NCBI GenBank assembly: GCA_041576165.1
Contig: JBFGLM010000040.1
Location: 1 to 41,473, forward strand
Reading direction: 5' to 3'
DNA length: 41,473 nucleotides
Source of the DNA: Acidimicrobiia bacterium
GTDB lineage: Bacteria > Actinomycetota > Acidimicrobiia > Spongiisociales > Spongiisociaceae
A program made the translations under genes and the position numbers. The stretch's first letter is position 1. Each line of letters begins with the position of its first letter. The notes beneath the pieces were generated by a model. It did no database searches and had not been told where the DNA came from. It worked only from the letters and a program-made list of their open reading frames with translations. Below, piece after piece: positions 17,669 through 26,770 of the stretch.

Positions 17669-18824
17669 CCGGCCCCGCGTGGTGTTCCTCGGAACCCACG
17701 GCCAGTACAACCTCGGCGACGAGCTGCTGTTAGAGACCTTCCTCCACCAGCTCGGCCCTGATCCCCACTACGTCATCAACACCTACGACAAGGCGTTCAC
17801 CGCCGCCCAGCTCGGCGGCCGCTACTCATACGACCTGGTCGACACTGGCGGCGACCGAGTGAAGCTGCTGGGGCACCTGCTGCGGGCCGACCGGGTGGTG
17901 TTCGGCGGCGGCAGCATCGTCAAGGAGCTGTATTCGACGACAGGACGCAATCGGTACGCCACCCTCATGATGATCCTGGCCATCGTCACCTTCGCTCGCT
18001 GGGTGGCGCGACGCCCGGTGGCGATGCTCAATGTCGGCGTCGGGCCTATCACGACGTCGATGGGCAGGCGCCTGGCCCGCCTCATCCTGCGCCAGGTGGA
18101 CCTGGTGACCGTGCGCGACCCCGGTTCCTGGGAGCTGTGCCGATCACTCGGGGTCGACGCCCGACTCGCCGCCGACGCCGTCTTCTCTGCCGAGCCGCAG
18201 TGGCTCCTGGGCGGTCCGCCGCCGCGCCGGCACCCCGGTCCCCTCCGGATCGGCCTCAACCTCAATTACGACATCGCCAACCCGGCCAACTGGGACCACT
18301 TCACCGGCCGGCTGGCCGAGGCTCTGTGCCGCATCGGGACCACGCGGCCCATCGAGATCCACAGCCTGCCGATGCAGTGCGGCTTCAAGGATCACGACGA
18401 CGCCGACGTGCTGGGCGTCTTCGCCCGCCGCCTCCCCGAGATCGGCTTCATCCACCACCGGCCCACCACCCACCGCGAGGCGGCGCAGGTGATCGCCAGC
18501 TGCGACCTGGTGCTGAGCGAACGCCTCCACGCCCTCATCATGGCGTCCATCCTCGCCGTCCCCGCCTTCGCTCTCGCCTACGACGTCAAGGTCACCGAGC
18601 TGTCGTCGCTGCTCGGGCTCGACGACCACACCGTCGACATCAACCAGCCCTTCTCGGTGGCCGAGCTGGAGGCGCCGTTGCGCCACCTCATCGACCACCT
18701 CGATGAAGCCCGAGGTCGCCTGGCCTCTGCCACCGACCGGATTCGCTTCCAGGCCGACCGCTCCTTCGCGGCTGCCCGCCGCTGGCTTGGAGTTCGATCT
18801 CCAAAACTTCATAAAAACATATAA
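17661..18824 (+). CDS. Polysaccharide pyruvyl transferase family protein (CsaB/WcaK-like)
   Basis: Motifs GQYNLGDE, FGGGS, GVGP, TVRD and ERLHALI…AYDVKV. RBS GAGGAG at 17648-17653; alternative start 17655. Confidence 0.9.
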   Translation: MHDRPRVVFLGTHGQYNLGDELLLETFLHQLGPDPHYVINTYDKAFTAAQLGGRYSYDLVDTGGDRVKLLGHLLRADRVVFGGGSIVKELYSTTGRNRYATLMMILAIVTFARWVARRPVAMLNVGVGPITTSMGRRLARLILRQVDLVTVRDPGSWELCRSLGVDARLAADAVFSAEPQWLLGGPPPRRHPGPLRIGLNLNYDIANPANWDHFTGRLAEALCRIGTTRPIEIHSLPMQCGFKDHDDADVLGVFARRLPEIGFIHHRPTTHREAAQVIASCDLVLSERLHALIMASILAVPAFALAYDVKVTELSSLLGLDDHTVDINQPFSVAELEAPLRHLIDHLDEARGRLASATDRIRFQADRSFAAARRWLGVRSPKLHKNI

Positions 18825-18849
18825 AGTTATATGAAGTTAATGCCGATCT
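18805..18849 (+). promoter_or_regulatory. Putative sigma28/WhiG-type promoter module (copy 2), internal to the glycan cluster
   Basis: TAAAGTT (18822-18828)-N13-GCCGATCT (18842-18849). It contains the inverted repeat AACTTCATA/TATGAAGTT and the tandem ATATAAAGTT-ATATGAAGTT. Confidence 0.7.
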
Positions 18850-18866
18850 CCTGGAAAAGGAGATTC

Positions 18867-19634
18867 ATGACCTACCACGACTTCGACGCCTGGCGCTCGA
18901 CGCCTTCCGAGGAGACTCCGCTTCTCTCGGTGGTGGTGCCCACCTATAACGAATCCGAACGTTTGCTCCCCAGCCTGGCCGCCATCGCCGCCCACGTCTC
19001 GGCCCTGGGCGAGCCCTGGGAGCTCATCGTCTCCGACAGCTGCTCCACCGACGGCACCGCCGACCTGGCCGAGGGGCTGGGCTGGCGCAACACCACGGTG
19101 CTGCGGGTCGACCGGCGTGACGGAAAGGGCGCCGGGGTGGCCCGGGGAATGCTCGCCGCCCGCGGTGACTACGTGCTCTTCGCCGACGCCGACGGCTCCA
19201 CCCCCATCGCCGTCGTCAACCACTTCCTCGATCTCGTGCGCTCCGACGCCGCCGATGTCGTCGTCGCCTCCCGTGCCCACCTCGCGGAGGAAGCGAACCG
19301 CTCCCACCTGCGCCGCCTCCTCAGCGGTGGCCTGCGCGTCCTCACCCGGGCCGCCCTCAGCCTCGGGGTCGACGACTCCCAGTGTGGATTCAAGTTGTTC
19401 CGGCGCGACCTCGCCCACGCCGTCTTCAGCCGCCAGCACATCACCGGCTTCGCCTTCGACCTGGAGGCGCTGTACGTCGCTCGCAAGCTGGGTGCCCGCA
19501 TCGCCGAGGTACCCGTGGCCTGGGTCGACGCTCCCGGCTCCAAGGTCGAGCCGTTAGCGGAAGTGGGGCGGTTCCTCCAGGCCATTCTCGCCGTCCGCGG
19601 CAACGACCTGAGAGGGGCGTACGCACATGGGTGA
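18867..19634 (+). CDS. GT2 polyprenyl/dolichyl-phosphate glycosyltransferase (Alg5/DPM1-like)
   Basis: SVVVPTYNE, GKGAGV..GM, LFADADGSTP, DSQCGFKLF and GFAFDLE. Start ATG 18867 follows AGGAG. Confidence 0.9.
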   Translation: MTYHDFDAWRSTPSEETPLLSVVVPTYNESERLLPSLAAIAAHVSALGEPWELIVSDSCSTDGTADLAEGLGWRNTTVLRVDRRDGKGAGVARGMLAARGDYVLFADADGSTPIAVVNHFLDLVRSDAADVVVASRAHLAEEANRSHLRRLLSGGLRVLTRAALSLGVDDSQCGFKLFRRDLAHAVFSRQHITGFAFDLEALYVARKLGARIAEVPVAWVDAPGSKVEPLAEVGRFLQAILAVRGNDLRGAYAHG

Positions 19635-20802
19635 GCACATCGCGGTGGTCACGGCTTTCCCGCCGTCGACTGCCACCCTCAACGAGTACGGCTACCATCT
19701 GGTGACCGCCCTCGCCGCCAAGCCCGAGGTCGACCGGGTCACCGTGCTCGCCCCCGAGCTCGACAGCGACACCTATCCCGAGCTCGACGGGATCACCATC
19801 GTCGAGGGGTGGCGCTTCGACGCAGTCGGCACGCCGATGCGGATCGCCCGGACGCTGCGCCGCCTCCGTCCCGACGCCGTCATCTTCAACGCCCACTTCT
19901 CGAGCTTCGGCACCGGACGAGTTGCCGCGGCCACCGGCCTGATGGCTCCGCTGCTGGCCCGCGCCGGCGGGGTGCGCACCATCACGCTGCTGCACAACAT
20001 CGTCGAGGCCGTCGACCTGTCCCAGGCGGGGTTCCGGTTCGGCAGGGTGCTGGAGTCGGCGGTGCGGGCCATCGGCACCGTCCTCACGTGGGCGGTGCTG
20101 CGCTCCCACATGGTGACGGTGACCATCCCCGCTTACGTCGAGGTGTTGCGCTCCAAGTATCGGGCACGCAATGTGGCGCTGGTGCCCCACGGAGCCTTCG
20201 AGATCCCGCCTGAGCCCTCCTTTTCGTGGCAGGCCGGTGAGCCCCAGCGCATCCTCGCCTTCGGCAAGTTCGGAACGTACAAGCGGGTGGAGGATCTCAT
20301 CAAGGCCTACCGGGAGCTGGCACCGACCCGCAATCTGGAGCTCGTCATCGCCGGCACCGATAGCCCCAACGCTCCCGGCTACCTGGCCTCCATCGAGCAG
20401 CGTCTCGGGGGCGACGGCATAAGGTTCACCGGCTACGTGGAAGAGGACGACGTGCCGCAGCTCCTCGGCAGCGCAACCGTCGCTGTCTTCCCCTACACCG
20501 CAACCACCGGCAGCTCCGGGGTGCTCCACCAGGCCGGCAGCTACGGTTGCGCGGCGGTGTTGCCCAACATCGGCGACTTCGCCGCCGTGATCGAGTCGGA
20601 GGGATACCGGGGCGAGTACTTCCGGCCCGGAGATCCCGCCGATCTCGCCCGGGCTCTGGCCCGGGTCATCGACGAGCCCGCTCACGCGGCGGCGCTGGGG
20701 CGGCGCAACTACCTCGCTTCCCGCGGCTTGCCCATCAGCGAGGTCGCCGACTGGTACCTCGTCCATGCAACCGATTCGCGGCGCCAACGGGCTGCCGCCT
20801 GA
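19627..20802 (+). CDS. GT4-family (GT-B) glycosyltransferase
   Basis: TAFPPS..TLNEYG, AFGKFGTYKRVE, FTGYVEEDDV and FPYTATTGSSGVLHQA. Confidence 0.88.
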   Translation: MGEHIAVVTAFPPSTATLNEYGYHLVTALAAKPEVDRVTVLAPELDSDTYPELDGITIVEGWRFDAVGTPMRIARTLRRLRPDAVIFNAHFSSFGTGRVAAATGLMAPLLARAGGVRTITLLHNIVEAVDLSQAGFRFGRVLESAVRAIGTVLTWAVLRSHMVTVTIPAYVEVLRSKYRARNVALVPHGAFEIPPEPSFSWQAGEPQRILAFGKFGTYKRVEDLIKAYRELAPTRNLELVIAGTDSPNAPGYLASIEQRLGGDGIRFTGYVEEDDVPQLLGSATVAVFPYTATTGSSGVLHQAGSYGCAAVLPNIGDFAAVIESEGYRGEYFRPGDPADLARALARVIDEPAHAAALGRRNYLASRGLPISEVADWYLVHATDSRRQRAAA

Positions 20803-20833
20803 TACAGGTCCTCCTGAAGAAAGGAACTCGACC

Positions 20834-22252
20834 ATGACCTTCATCCCCGTCATCCTCTCAGGAGGAGCGGGCAGCCGCTTGTGGCCCCGCTCCCGCGAGC
20901 TCACCCCCAAGCAGCTGATCGCCCACCACGGCGAGGACTCGTTGTTGCAGCAGACAGCGGCCCGGCTGCGCAGCCTTCCTGAGGCAGAGGCCCCGATGGT
21001 GGTGTGCAACGTCGCCCACTGCCCCGACGTGATGGCACAGCTTGGCGACGTGGCCATCGCGCCCCAGCTCGTCATCGAGGAGCACACGGGGCGCAACACG
21101 GCTCCGGCGATGGCCGCCACCGCCTTGGCAGCCGGCGAGCGGGGGGACGACCCGGTCCTGCTCTTCGCCCCAGCCGACCACCTCATCGAGGACGAGGTCG
21201 CCCTCAAAGAGGCGGTGCTGACCGCCCTCGGCCACGCCGAGCGGGGCCGCCTCGTCACCCTCGGTGTGGTGCCGGACAGCCCCCACACCGGCTTCGGCTA
21301 CATCCGGACCGGAGACCAGCTCACCGAAGACGCGTTTCGAGTTGCTCAGTTCGTCGAGAAGCCCGACGGCAGCCGGGCCGAGCAGTACCTCGCCTCGGGC
21401 GACTACCTGTGGAACAGCGGCATGTTGATGGCGAAGGCCTCGACGATCCTCCAGCAGCTGCGCATCCACGCCCCGGCAGTGGTGGCGGCCGCCGCAGCTG
21501 CCGTCGAAGCCGCCCGGAGGGAGGACAATCGCATCGTCCTCGACCCGGCTGCCTTCGATACGGCTCCGGCGGTGTCGATGGAGTACGCCGTCCTCGAGCA
21601 CACCGACCTCGGTGTCGTCGTGCCGCTGCGGGCGGCGTGGAACGACCTCGGCTCGTGGAAAGCGATGTGGGAGGTCGGCGCCGCCGACGACAGCGGCAAT
21701 GTCCTCAACGGCGATGTGGTCGCCATCAACGCCCGCAACACCTTCGTGTCCGCCGAGTCCCGCCTGGTTGCGACCGCCGGCGTCGACGACATCGTGATCG
21801 TCGAGACCCCCGATGCTGTCCTCGTGGCTCATCGCGACAACGCCGAGGACGTGAAGGCGGTTGTCGGCGAGCTGCGCCGCGAAGGCCGCCCCGAGGTCGT
21901 CACCCATCGCCGGGTGCGGCGCCCCTGGGGCAGCTATGAGGTCCTCGACACCGGCGCCCGCGACCAGACCAAGCGCTTGGTCGTCCGCCCCGGGGCCCGG
22001 CTGTCGTTGCAACGCCACCTCCACCGCTCCGAGCACTGGGTGGTCACCCAGGGAACGGCCCTCGTCCAGCTTGGTGATGAGGAGACGACGGTCCACGAGA
22101 CCTGGTCGGTGTTCGTGCCCGCCGGCGTCGCCCACCGCATCACCAACCCCGGTCTCATCCCCCTGGAGATCATCGAGGTGCAGGTGGGCGGCTACGTGGG
22201 CGAGGACGACATCGAGCGTTTGGACGACGATTTCGGCAGGGCCGGCTCATGA
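20834..22252 (+). CDS. manC: Mannose-1-phosphate guanylyltransferase / mannose-6-phosphate isomerase
   Basis: ILSGGAGSRLWPRSR..PKQ, GRNTAPA, FVEKP, WNSG, WNDLGSW and the C-terminal cupin RPWGSY…SLQRHLHRSEHW…EDDIER. Start ATG 20834. Confidence 0.95.
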   Translation: MTFIPVILSGGAGSRLWPRSRELTPKQLIAHHGEDSLLQQTAARLRSLPEAEAPMVVCNVAHCPDVMAQLGDVAIAPQLVIEEHTGRNTAPAMAATALAAGERGDDPVLLFAPADHLIEDEVALKEAVLTALGHAERGRLVTLGVVPDSPHTGFGYIRTGDQLTEDAFRVAQFVEKPDGSRAEQYLASGDYLWNSGMLMAKASTILQQLRIHAPAVVAAAAAAVEAARREDNRIVLDPAAFDTAPAVSMEYAVLEHTDLGVVVPLRAAWNDLGSWKAMWEVGAADDSGNVLNGDVVAINARNTFVSAESRLVATAGVDDIVIVETPDAVLVAHRDNAEDVKAVVGELRREGRPEVVTHRRVRRPWGSYEVLDTGARDQTKRLVVRPGARLSLQRHLHRSEHWVVTQGTALVQLGDEETTVHETWSVFVPAGVAHRITNPGLIPLEIIEVQVGGYVGEDDIERLDDDFGRAGS

Positions 22253-23769
22253 CCGGTCCCGACTGGGTGCTGCTGCTCGACGACGACCCGTGGGCGCTGG
22301 AGATCACCTCAGAGATGCTCACCCGCCACGGCATCACCGTGCACGCGACCAGGACGGAGGCCGCAGCCCTCGCCGCCATCGAGCGAGACGGGGCGCCCTC
22401 GGTGCTCCTCCTGGACGTGATGATGCCCGGTGCCGACGGCTACAGCGTCTGCCGGCGGCTGCGCGCCAACGAAGTGTTGCGCCACACCCGGGTCGTGTTC
22501 GTCACCTCTCTCCACGACGAGCCCAGCCGCCTCGCCGCGCTCGGAGCCGGAGCCGACGATCTCATCGCCAAACCGATCAGCGAAGCGATCCTCATCGCCC
22601 GCATCCGCTCGCTCATCGAGCTGGCCCGGCTTCGGGACCGTAGCCATGCCCGCATGGAATACGAGGTGGTGCTCGACTCCATCGGCGAAGGCGTGCTCAC
22701 CATGGATGCCGCCGACCGTATCCTCAAAGCCAACGGACCTGCCCGCCGCCTGCTCGGCCTCCCGGCCGGACCGCTGGCCGGTTCCTCTCTGACGGAACGT
22801 CTCTCTGAAGGATGGAAGGTTGAACGGGGACAGCTCGGCAGCTCGACGACCGCCCGGCTGGTGGCGTCCGAGCCGCGTTCGGTAGCCGCAATCGATTGGA
22901 CCTCCCACGAGCTTCCTCCGGGAGAGGCCACCGAAGCCGCTTGGACGGTGATCATCCGCGACGCCACCGACGCCTGGGAACAGGACCGGGCACTCGGCCG
23001 GCTCATCCGCACGCTCAGCCACAAGGTGCGCACCCCTCTCACGGGACTGGGTACGAGCCTCGAACTGGTGGCCGAGTCGGGCGAGCTCGACGCCGAGTGT
23101 CAGGAGCTGATAGATGTGGCCCGGTCGTCGGCGACCCGGCTGAACGACACGCTGTTGCGCATCCTCGACTTCGTTGCCGCCCACACCAGCCAGCAGAGGG
23201 GGACACCCGAAACCGTCCAGGCCGGTTCGATGCGGTCGCAGCTGGGCCTTTCTGACGACGTCGAGCTAGGAGCAGTTCCAGCCCGGCCCATCACCATCGA
23301 ACTGGCGCTGGCACGTGGCTGCGTGGCTGAGTTGACGGCGAACGCATTCAACGCCGGCGCCACCAGGGTGACCCTGGATGTCGGGGTCGCGTCGGATGAC
23401 GCCGTGACCTTCGCTGTGACCGATGACGGCCCCGGCCTGCCTCTGGGCAGCGCCGAGCGCATCTTCGAGCCCTTCTATCAGCTCGACCGTTCCGGTGAGG
23501 CCGAGGGGACCGGCCTGGGACTTGCGATGGTGGCCGCTGAGGTCAAGAGCCGGGGCGGAGCGATCGGCGCCACGACACCAGCCGGTGGCCCCACGACGGT
23601 GTGGTTCCGCATCCCATGCCTGGCGCCACGTGGAAGTGGCGGCGGGGCGCCTGTAGAGCTCCCGGCGACACGTGGTGGTGGGGAACGGTCAGGGTGGAGC
23701 GTTGGCACCTCGGTCCTGTCGTCTCCGCCGGCGGCCTTGGGGAAGCGCCAGAGTCAAACGTCAGCATGA
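22249..23769 (+). CDS. Hybrid REC-PAS-histidine kinase with atypical H-box
   Basis: N-terminal receiver (LDDD, LLDVMMP, AKP), PAS (LDSIGEGV), H-box SHKVRTPL, DDGPG, IFEPF and GTGLGL. ATGA overlap with manC. Confidence 0.88.
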   Translation: MTGPDWVLLLDDDPWALEITSEMLTRHGITVHATRTEAAALAAIERDGAPSVLLLDVMMPGADGYSVCRRLRANEVLRHTRVVFVTSLHDEPSRLAALGAGADDLIAKPISEAILIARIRSLIELARLRDRSHARMEYEVVLDSIGEGVLTMDAADRILKANGPARRLLGLPAGPLAGSSLTERLSEGWKVERGQLGSSTTARLVASEPRSVAAIDWTSHELPPGEATEAAWTVIIRDATDAWEQDRALGRLIRTLSHKVRTPLTGLGTSLELVAESGELDAECQELIDVARSSATRLNDTLLRILDFVAAHTSQQRGTPETVQAGSMRSQLGLSDDVELGAVPARPITIELALARGCVAELTANAFNAGATRVTLDVGVASDDAVTFAVTDDGPGLPLGSAERIFEPFYQLDRSGEAEGTGLGLAMVAAEVKSRGGAIGATTPAGGPTTVWFRIPCLAPRGSGGGAPVELPATRGGGERSGWSVGTSVLSSPPAALGKRQSQTSA

Positions 23770-23874
23770 ATGTTGATGGTTCTGCTCGGCGCAAGTAGCG
23801 TTCGAAGAACGCGACATGCACCATCACCGCCCCATCGACCCGCCGACCGCCCATGACTCGCAAGGCGAGGATGT

Positions 23875-24203
23875 GTGACGGCGACCCGGACCCTGGATGC
23901 GGTCTTCGATGCACTCGCCAACGGGACTCGCCGAGACATTGTCGTCCGACTCAGCCGAGGTCGGGCCACCACCCCAGGATCTCAGCCGCGACTACCAGAG
24001 GAGCAAACAGGCCCTGGCAAGCCACCTACGACGTGCTGGAGGGCGCCGGGTTGATCGAGCGGCGCCTCGTCGGCAGGGTCCACGAGCTCAGCCTGGTGCC
24101 GGATCAGCTCGAAAGCGTGACCCGTTGGGCGAGTCTCATCAGGGAGAATTGGTCCCTCAACGTCGAGTGACTCGAGACCGTGCCGGAGGGCGACGATAAC
24201 TGA
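23875..24203 (+). pseudogene. ArsR/SmtB-family regulator, decayed
   Basis: Three frames join to TLDAVFDALANGTRRDIVVRLSRG / DLSRDYQRSKQALASHL / DVLEGAGLIERRLVGRVHELSL…WSLNVE*LETV. That requires two frameshifts and an internal stop at 24168-24170. Confidence 0.85.
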
Positions 24204-24612
24204 GCGAATATTGCCGGAACGTCACCTCCCCTACCCGCCCGGCCGTGTTTTCGAGGCATAAACTCGCATCCAGATCCTCAATCGCTGGTTCGGATGTGGC
24301 GTCGACACGTTGTGTGACATCCATGAACGGGATGTCCGGGTCGGCGGAGTGATCCGGGTCAGTCTCGACTACGACGGCGTCCCGTTCGTGGTCAAGGGGC
24401 GAGTACCTGGCGGCGGTGCGGCCACATCATCTGCGGTGTCGATGGAGCGACGAAACCGTCGACGTCAGCTTCACTGCTGACGACGAAGCCGCTTGATCAC
24501 ATTGCGCCACGAGAGAATCGCCACCGACGAGCTGTGTGGGATTCTCACCACCGGCTGGACGGTGAGCCTCGCCCAACTTCGAGAGACGATGACGATGGAG
24601 GATGCGCTATGA
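24196..24612 (+). pseudogene. SRPBCC/AHSA1 (START-like) domain protein, decayed
   Basis: Reconstructs as ERHLPYPPGRVFEA*T…RWFG…DVRVGG…VKG/EYL…RP…/ITLRHE…GWTVSLAQL. Start is mutated to ATA after GGAGG, TAA 24259-24261 replaces the conserved Trp, and there are two frameshifts. Confidence 0.8.
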
Positions 24613-24752
24613 AGTTCACACCGTCGACGAGGCTTGTGATCTGTTGGGTCGTTAGTTCCAGCATGGCTTCTAGGTATCCGACCCTGCCAACCTGGGCCAG
24701 AGGAGTGTGACCCGGATCGCAGTCGGGCAACGGTCCGATGACCCTGTCCGAC

Positions 24753-25865
24753 TCAGCCCATCAGCTCGAACTGGCCGCCCGGAAGCACGTTGCCGTTCAC
24801 TTGGATTTCGATTCGATGGTGGCCGGGAAAATGGGTGCGGGTCGTATGTTGGGCGAGTGAGATCGACTTGCTCACGGTGGCTCGCCCGTGCCCCGGCAGA
24901 GTGCGTTCGGCACCTTTGAAGACCTTGGCGCTGGTACCGCCGTTCGATTTCACGAAGTGCACGATCAGATCCACCAGCGCACCGTGGGCGGCCGCGTCCG
25001 GGTTCTCGAGATCGACCTCGATTCGAACCCGCTCGCCGATCTTCACCCGGCCAGGGGTGATCCGCACATTCGCCACTCGGACCGCCGACTCCGGTCCGTA
25101 TCCGAGCACCGCAAGTGCACCCGGATACGCTTGTTTGACGAGCGTGCGCAGCCCGTGCCGTATGAGGCGCGTTCGGTTCGGATCGGCGCCCTCAGCCCAG
25201 CGCCGAGCTGTCGCCACGACCAACTCGGGATGGTCCTTGGCGATGTCGTTCAGGTTGTTGGCCACTGAACGCCGGACGTACTCCTCAGGATCGTCCTTGA
25301 GGAGTTCGAGCAGTTCGAGCACGGGCGCCGGGTCGTCTTGAAACCGGCGCAGCCGGGGCGCCCAGGGCAGTCTCGGGCGGGTCCCCTCGGAAACAAGGCG
25401 CCGCACGTGCACGTTCGGGTCGGCGGCCCACTCCCGCAGCCTGGCGAGCGTGCGGGTCTCGTGCTTGGTGAGGAAAGCCCGGATGCTGAACTCAGCGGTG
25501 AAGCGCTTAGTCAGCTCATACTGGGCGGTCATGGCCGCCTCGTAGTGGTCGAGGCCGTGCTCCGCGACGAAAAACACATGCGGTAGGTAGCGGAATGCAT
25601 CCATGCCGCTCAGCTCGGCGTCCTCGATCTCGGGTCCGAGCGAGCGTGTGAGGATTGTAAGGGCGTCGCCCCGGTCCGCCGGCAGGAACTCCGCCAGCGC
25701 CTGCGCAATGTGGTGTGCCCTCGGAGTCAATTCGAGCTCGTCGTACCCGTCGAGACACGCGGTGATGAAACCCTTTCGGTCGAAAGAGGGGTAGGCGTCC
25801 CGAATCATGTCGGCGATGAGCCCGGGAATGTCGCTACCGAACGAGTTCTTGAGTGGTTCGGCCAC
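24753..25865 (-). CDS. DNA alkylation repair protein (AlkC/AlkD-like HEAT repeat) with C-terminal beta domain
   Basis: ELTKRFTAEFSIRAFL, HVRRLVSEGTRPRLPW, YVRRSVANNLNDIAKDHP and TTRTHFPGHH. Start GTG 25865 (AEPLKN). Confidence 0.88.
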   Translation of the reverse strand: MAEPLKNSFGSDIPGLIADMIRDAYPSFDRKGFITACLDGYDELELTPRAHHIAQALAEFLPADRGDALTILTRSLGPEIEDAELSGMDAFRYLPHVFFVAEHGLDHYEAAMTAQYELTKRFTAEFSIRAFLTKHETRTLARLREWAADPNVHVRRLVSEGTRPRLPWAPRLRRFQDDPAPVLELLELLKDDPEEYVRRSVANNLNDIAKDHPELVVATARRWAEGADPNRTRLIRHGLRTLVKQAYPGALAVLGYGPESAVRVANVRITPGRVKIGERVRIEVDLENPDAAAHGALVDLIVHFVKSNGGTSAKVFKGAERTLPGHGRATVSKSISLAQHTTRTHFPGHHRIEIQVNGNVLPGGQFELMG

Positions 25866-26022
25866 TGTCGCACATCTGCGTCGGGGGGAGCAATCTATCG
25901 TGTCGGGCCATACCCCAGGTGCCTTGCTCCTGTTGGTGGAACCGACGGTCGGGGGCCGTCTCCGGCACCGTAGACTCGGGCTTCGTGCGGGTGCGGTACG
26001 ACGTCCTGCGTGGGAGGTGGAC

Positions 26023-26763
26023 ATGGCAGACATGGACGGCCAGGTTGCGCTCGTCACCGGCGGGGCGCGAGGCATCGGCCTGGCAATCACACGCCGCTTC
26101 ATCGCTCGCGGCATGCACCTGGCCGTCGGTTACTCCCGTGACGCTGCCGCAGCCGATCGGCTCTGTGCCGAGCACCCGGCCGCCAAGGTTTCGACTCACC
26201 AGGGCAACATTGCCAACCCCGACGATTGCGCCCGGGTGGTGGACGAGGTTCTCGCCGAGCACGGGCAGATCGATGTGCTGGTCAACAACGCCGGTGTCAC
26301 CGTCGACAAAACGGCCCGCAAGATGACGCCCGCCGAGTGGGACCACGTCATACAGATCAACCTCAACGGCGCGTTCTATATGGCCAACCGGGCGCTGCAA
26401 TGCATGCTCGATCGCGGCACGGGGCGCATCATCAATATCAGCTCTGTAATCGGGGAGAAGGGCAACATCGGGCAGGCCAATTACGCGTCGGCCAAGGCCG
26501 GGCTCTTCGGGCTCACCAAGTCACTCGCGCTGGAGACGGCCCGCAAGGGGATAACCGTCAACGCCGTCGCGCCCGGCTTCATCGCGACCGAGATGGTCGC
26601 CGCTGTTCCCGACAGCATCCTGGAGGGCGTCATCAGTCAGATCCCGGTGGGACGGCTGGGAGATCCCGACGAGGTGGCGAGAGTCGTCGAGTTCCTGGCG
26701 GATCCGGATTCCGCCTACATCACCGGGGCCGTATATTCGATCAACGGCGGCTTGTACATGTGA
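26023..26763 (+). CDS. phaB: Acetoacetyl-CoA reductase (SDR)
   Basis: TGGARGIG, NNAGVT.D, NISSVIGEKGNIGQANYASAKAG and PGFIATEMV. RBS GGAGG before ATG 26023; immediately upstream of the PHA synthase. Confidence 0.85.
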   Translation: MADMDGQVALVTGGARGIGLAITRRFIARGMHLAVGYSRDAAAADRLCAEHPAAKVSTHQGNIANPDDCARVVDEVLAEHGQIDVLVNNAGVTVDKTARKMTPAEWDHVIQINLNGAFYMANRALQCMLDRGTGRIINISSVIGEKGNIGQANYASAKAGLFGLTKSLALETARKGITVNAVAPGFIATEMVAAVPDSILEGVISQIPVGRLGDPDEVARVVEFLADPDSAYITGAVYSINGGLYM

Positions 26764-26770
26764 GGTTGGA

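Noticed and set aside
14786-17733. Long alternative ORFs (831 aa plus strand, 656 aa minus strand)
   Set aside because: Arg/Pro/Gly-rich or antisense shadows caused by high GC3 in the real gene.
18785-18813. Possible antisense sigma28 promoter from TGAAGTT on the minus strand
   Set aside because: No GCCGA-like -10 at the required spacing (reads TCCAAG); treated as an operator half-site.
19441-21288. 615-aa minus-strand ORF
   Set aside because: Antisense shadow of GT2, GT4 and manC; no motifs.
9540-24750. Island as an intact mobile element or prophage (XRE gene present)
   Set aside because: No integrase, transposase, tRNA target or terminal repeats were found by eye, and the XRE domain is fused to a receiver.
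25807-26114. Overlapping N-terminal extensions of the AlkD-like gene and phaB
   Set aside because: Better starts at 25865 (minus) and 26023 (plus, with GGAGG) leave a normal divergent intergenic gap.
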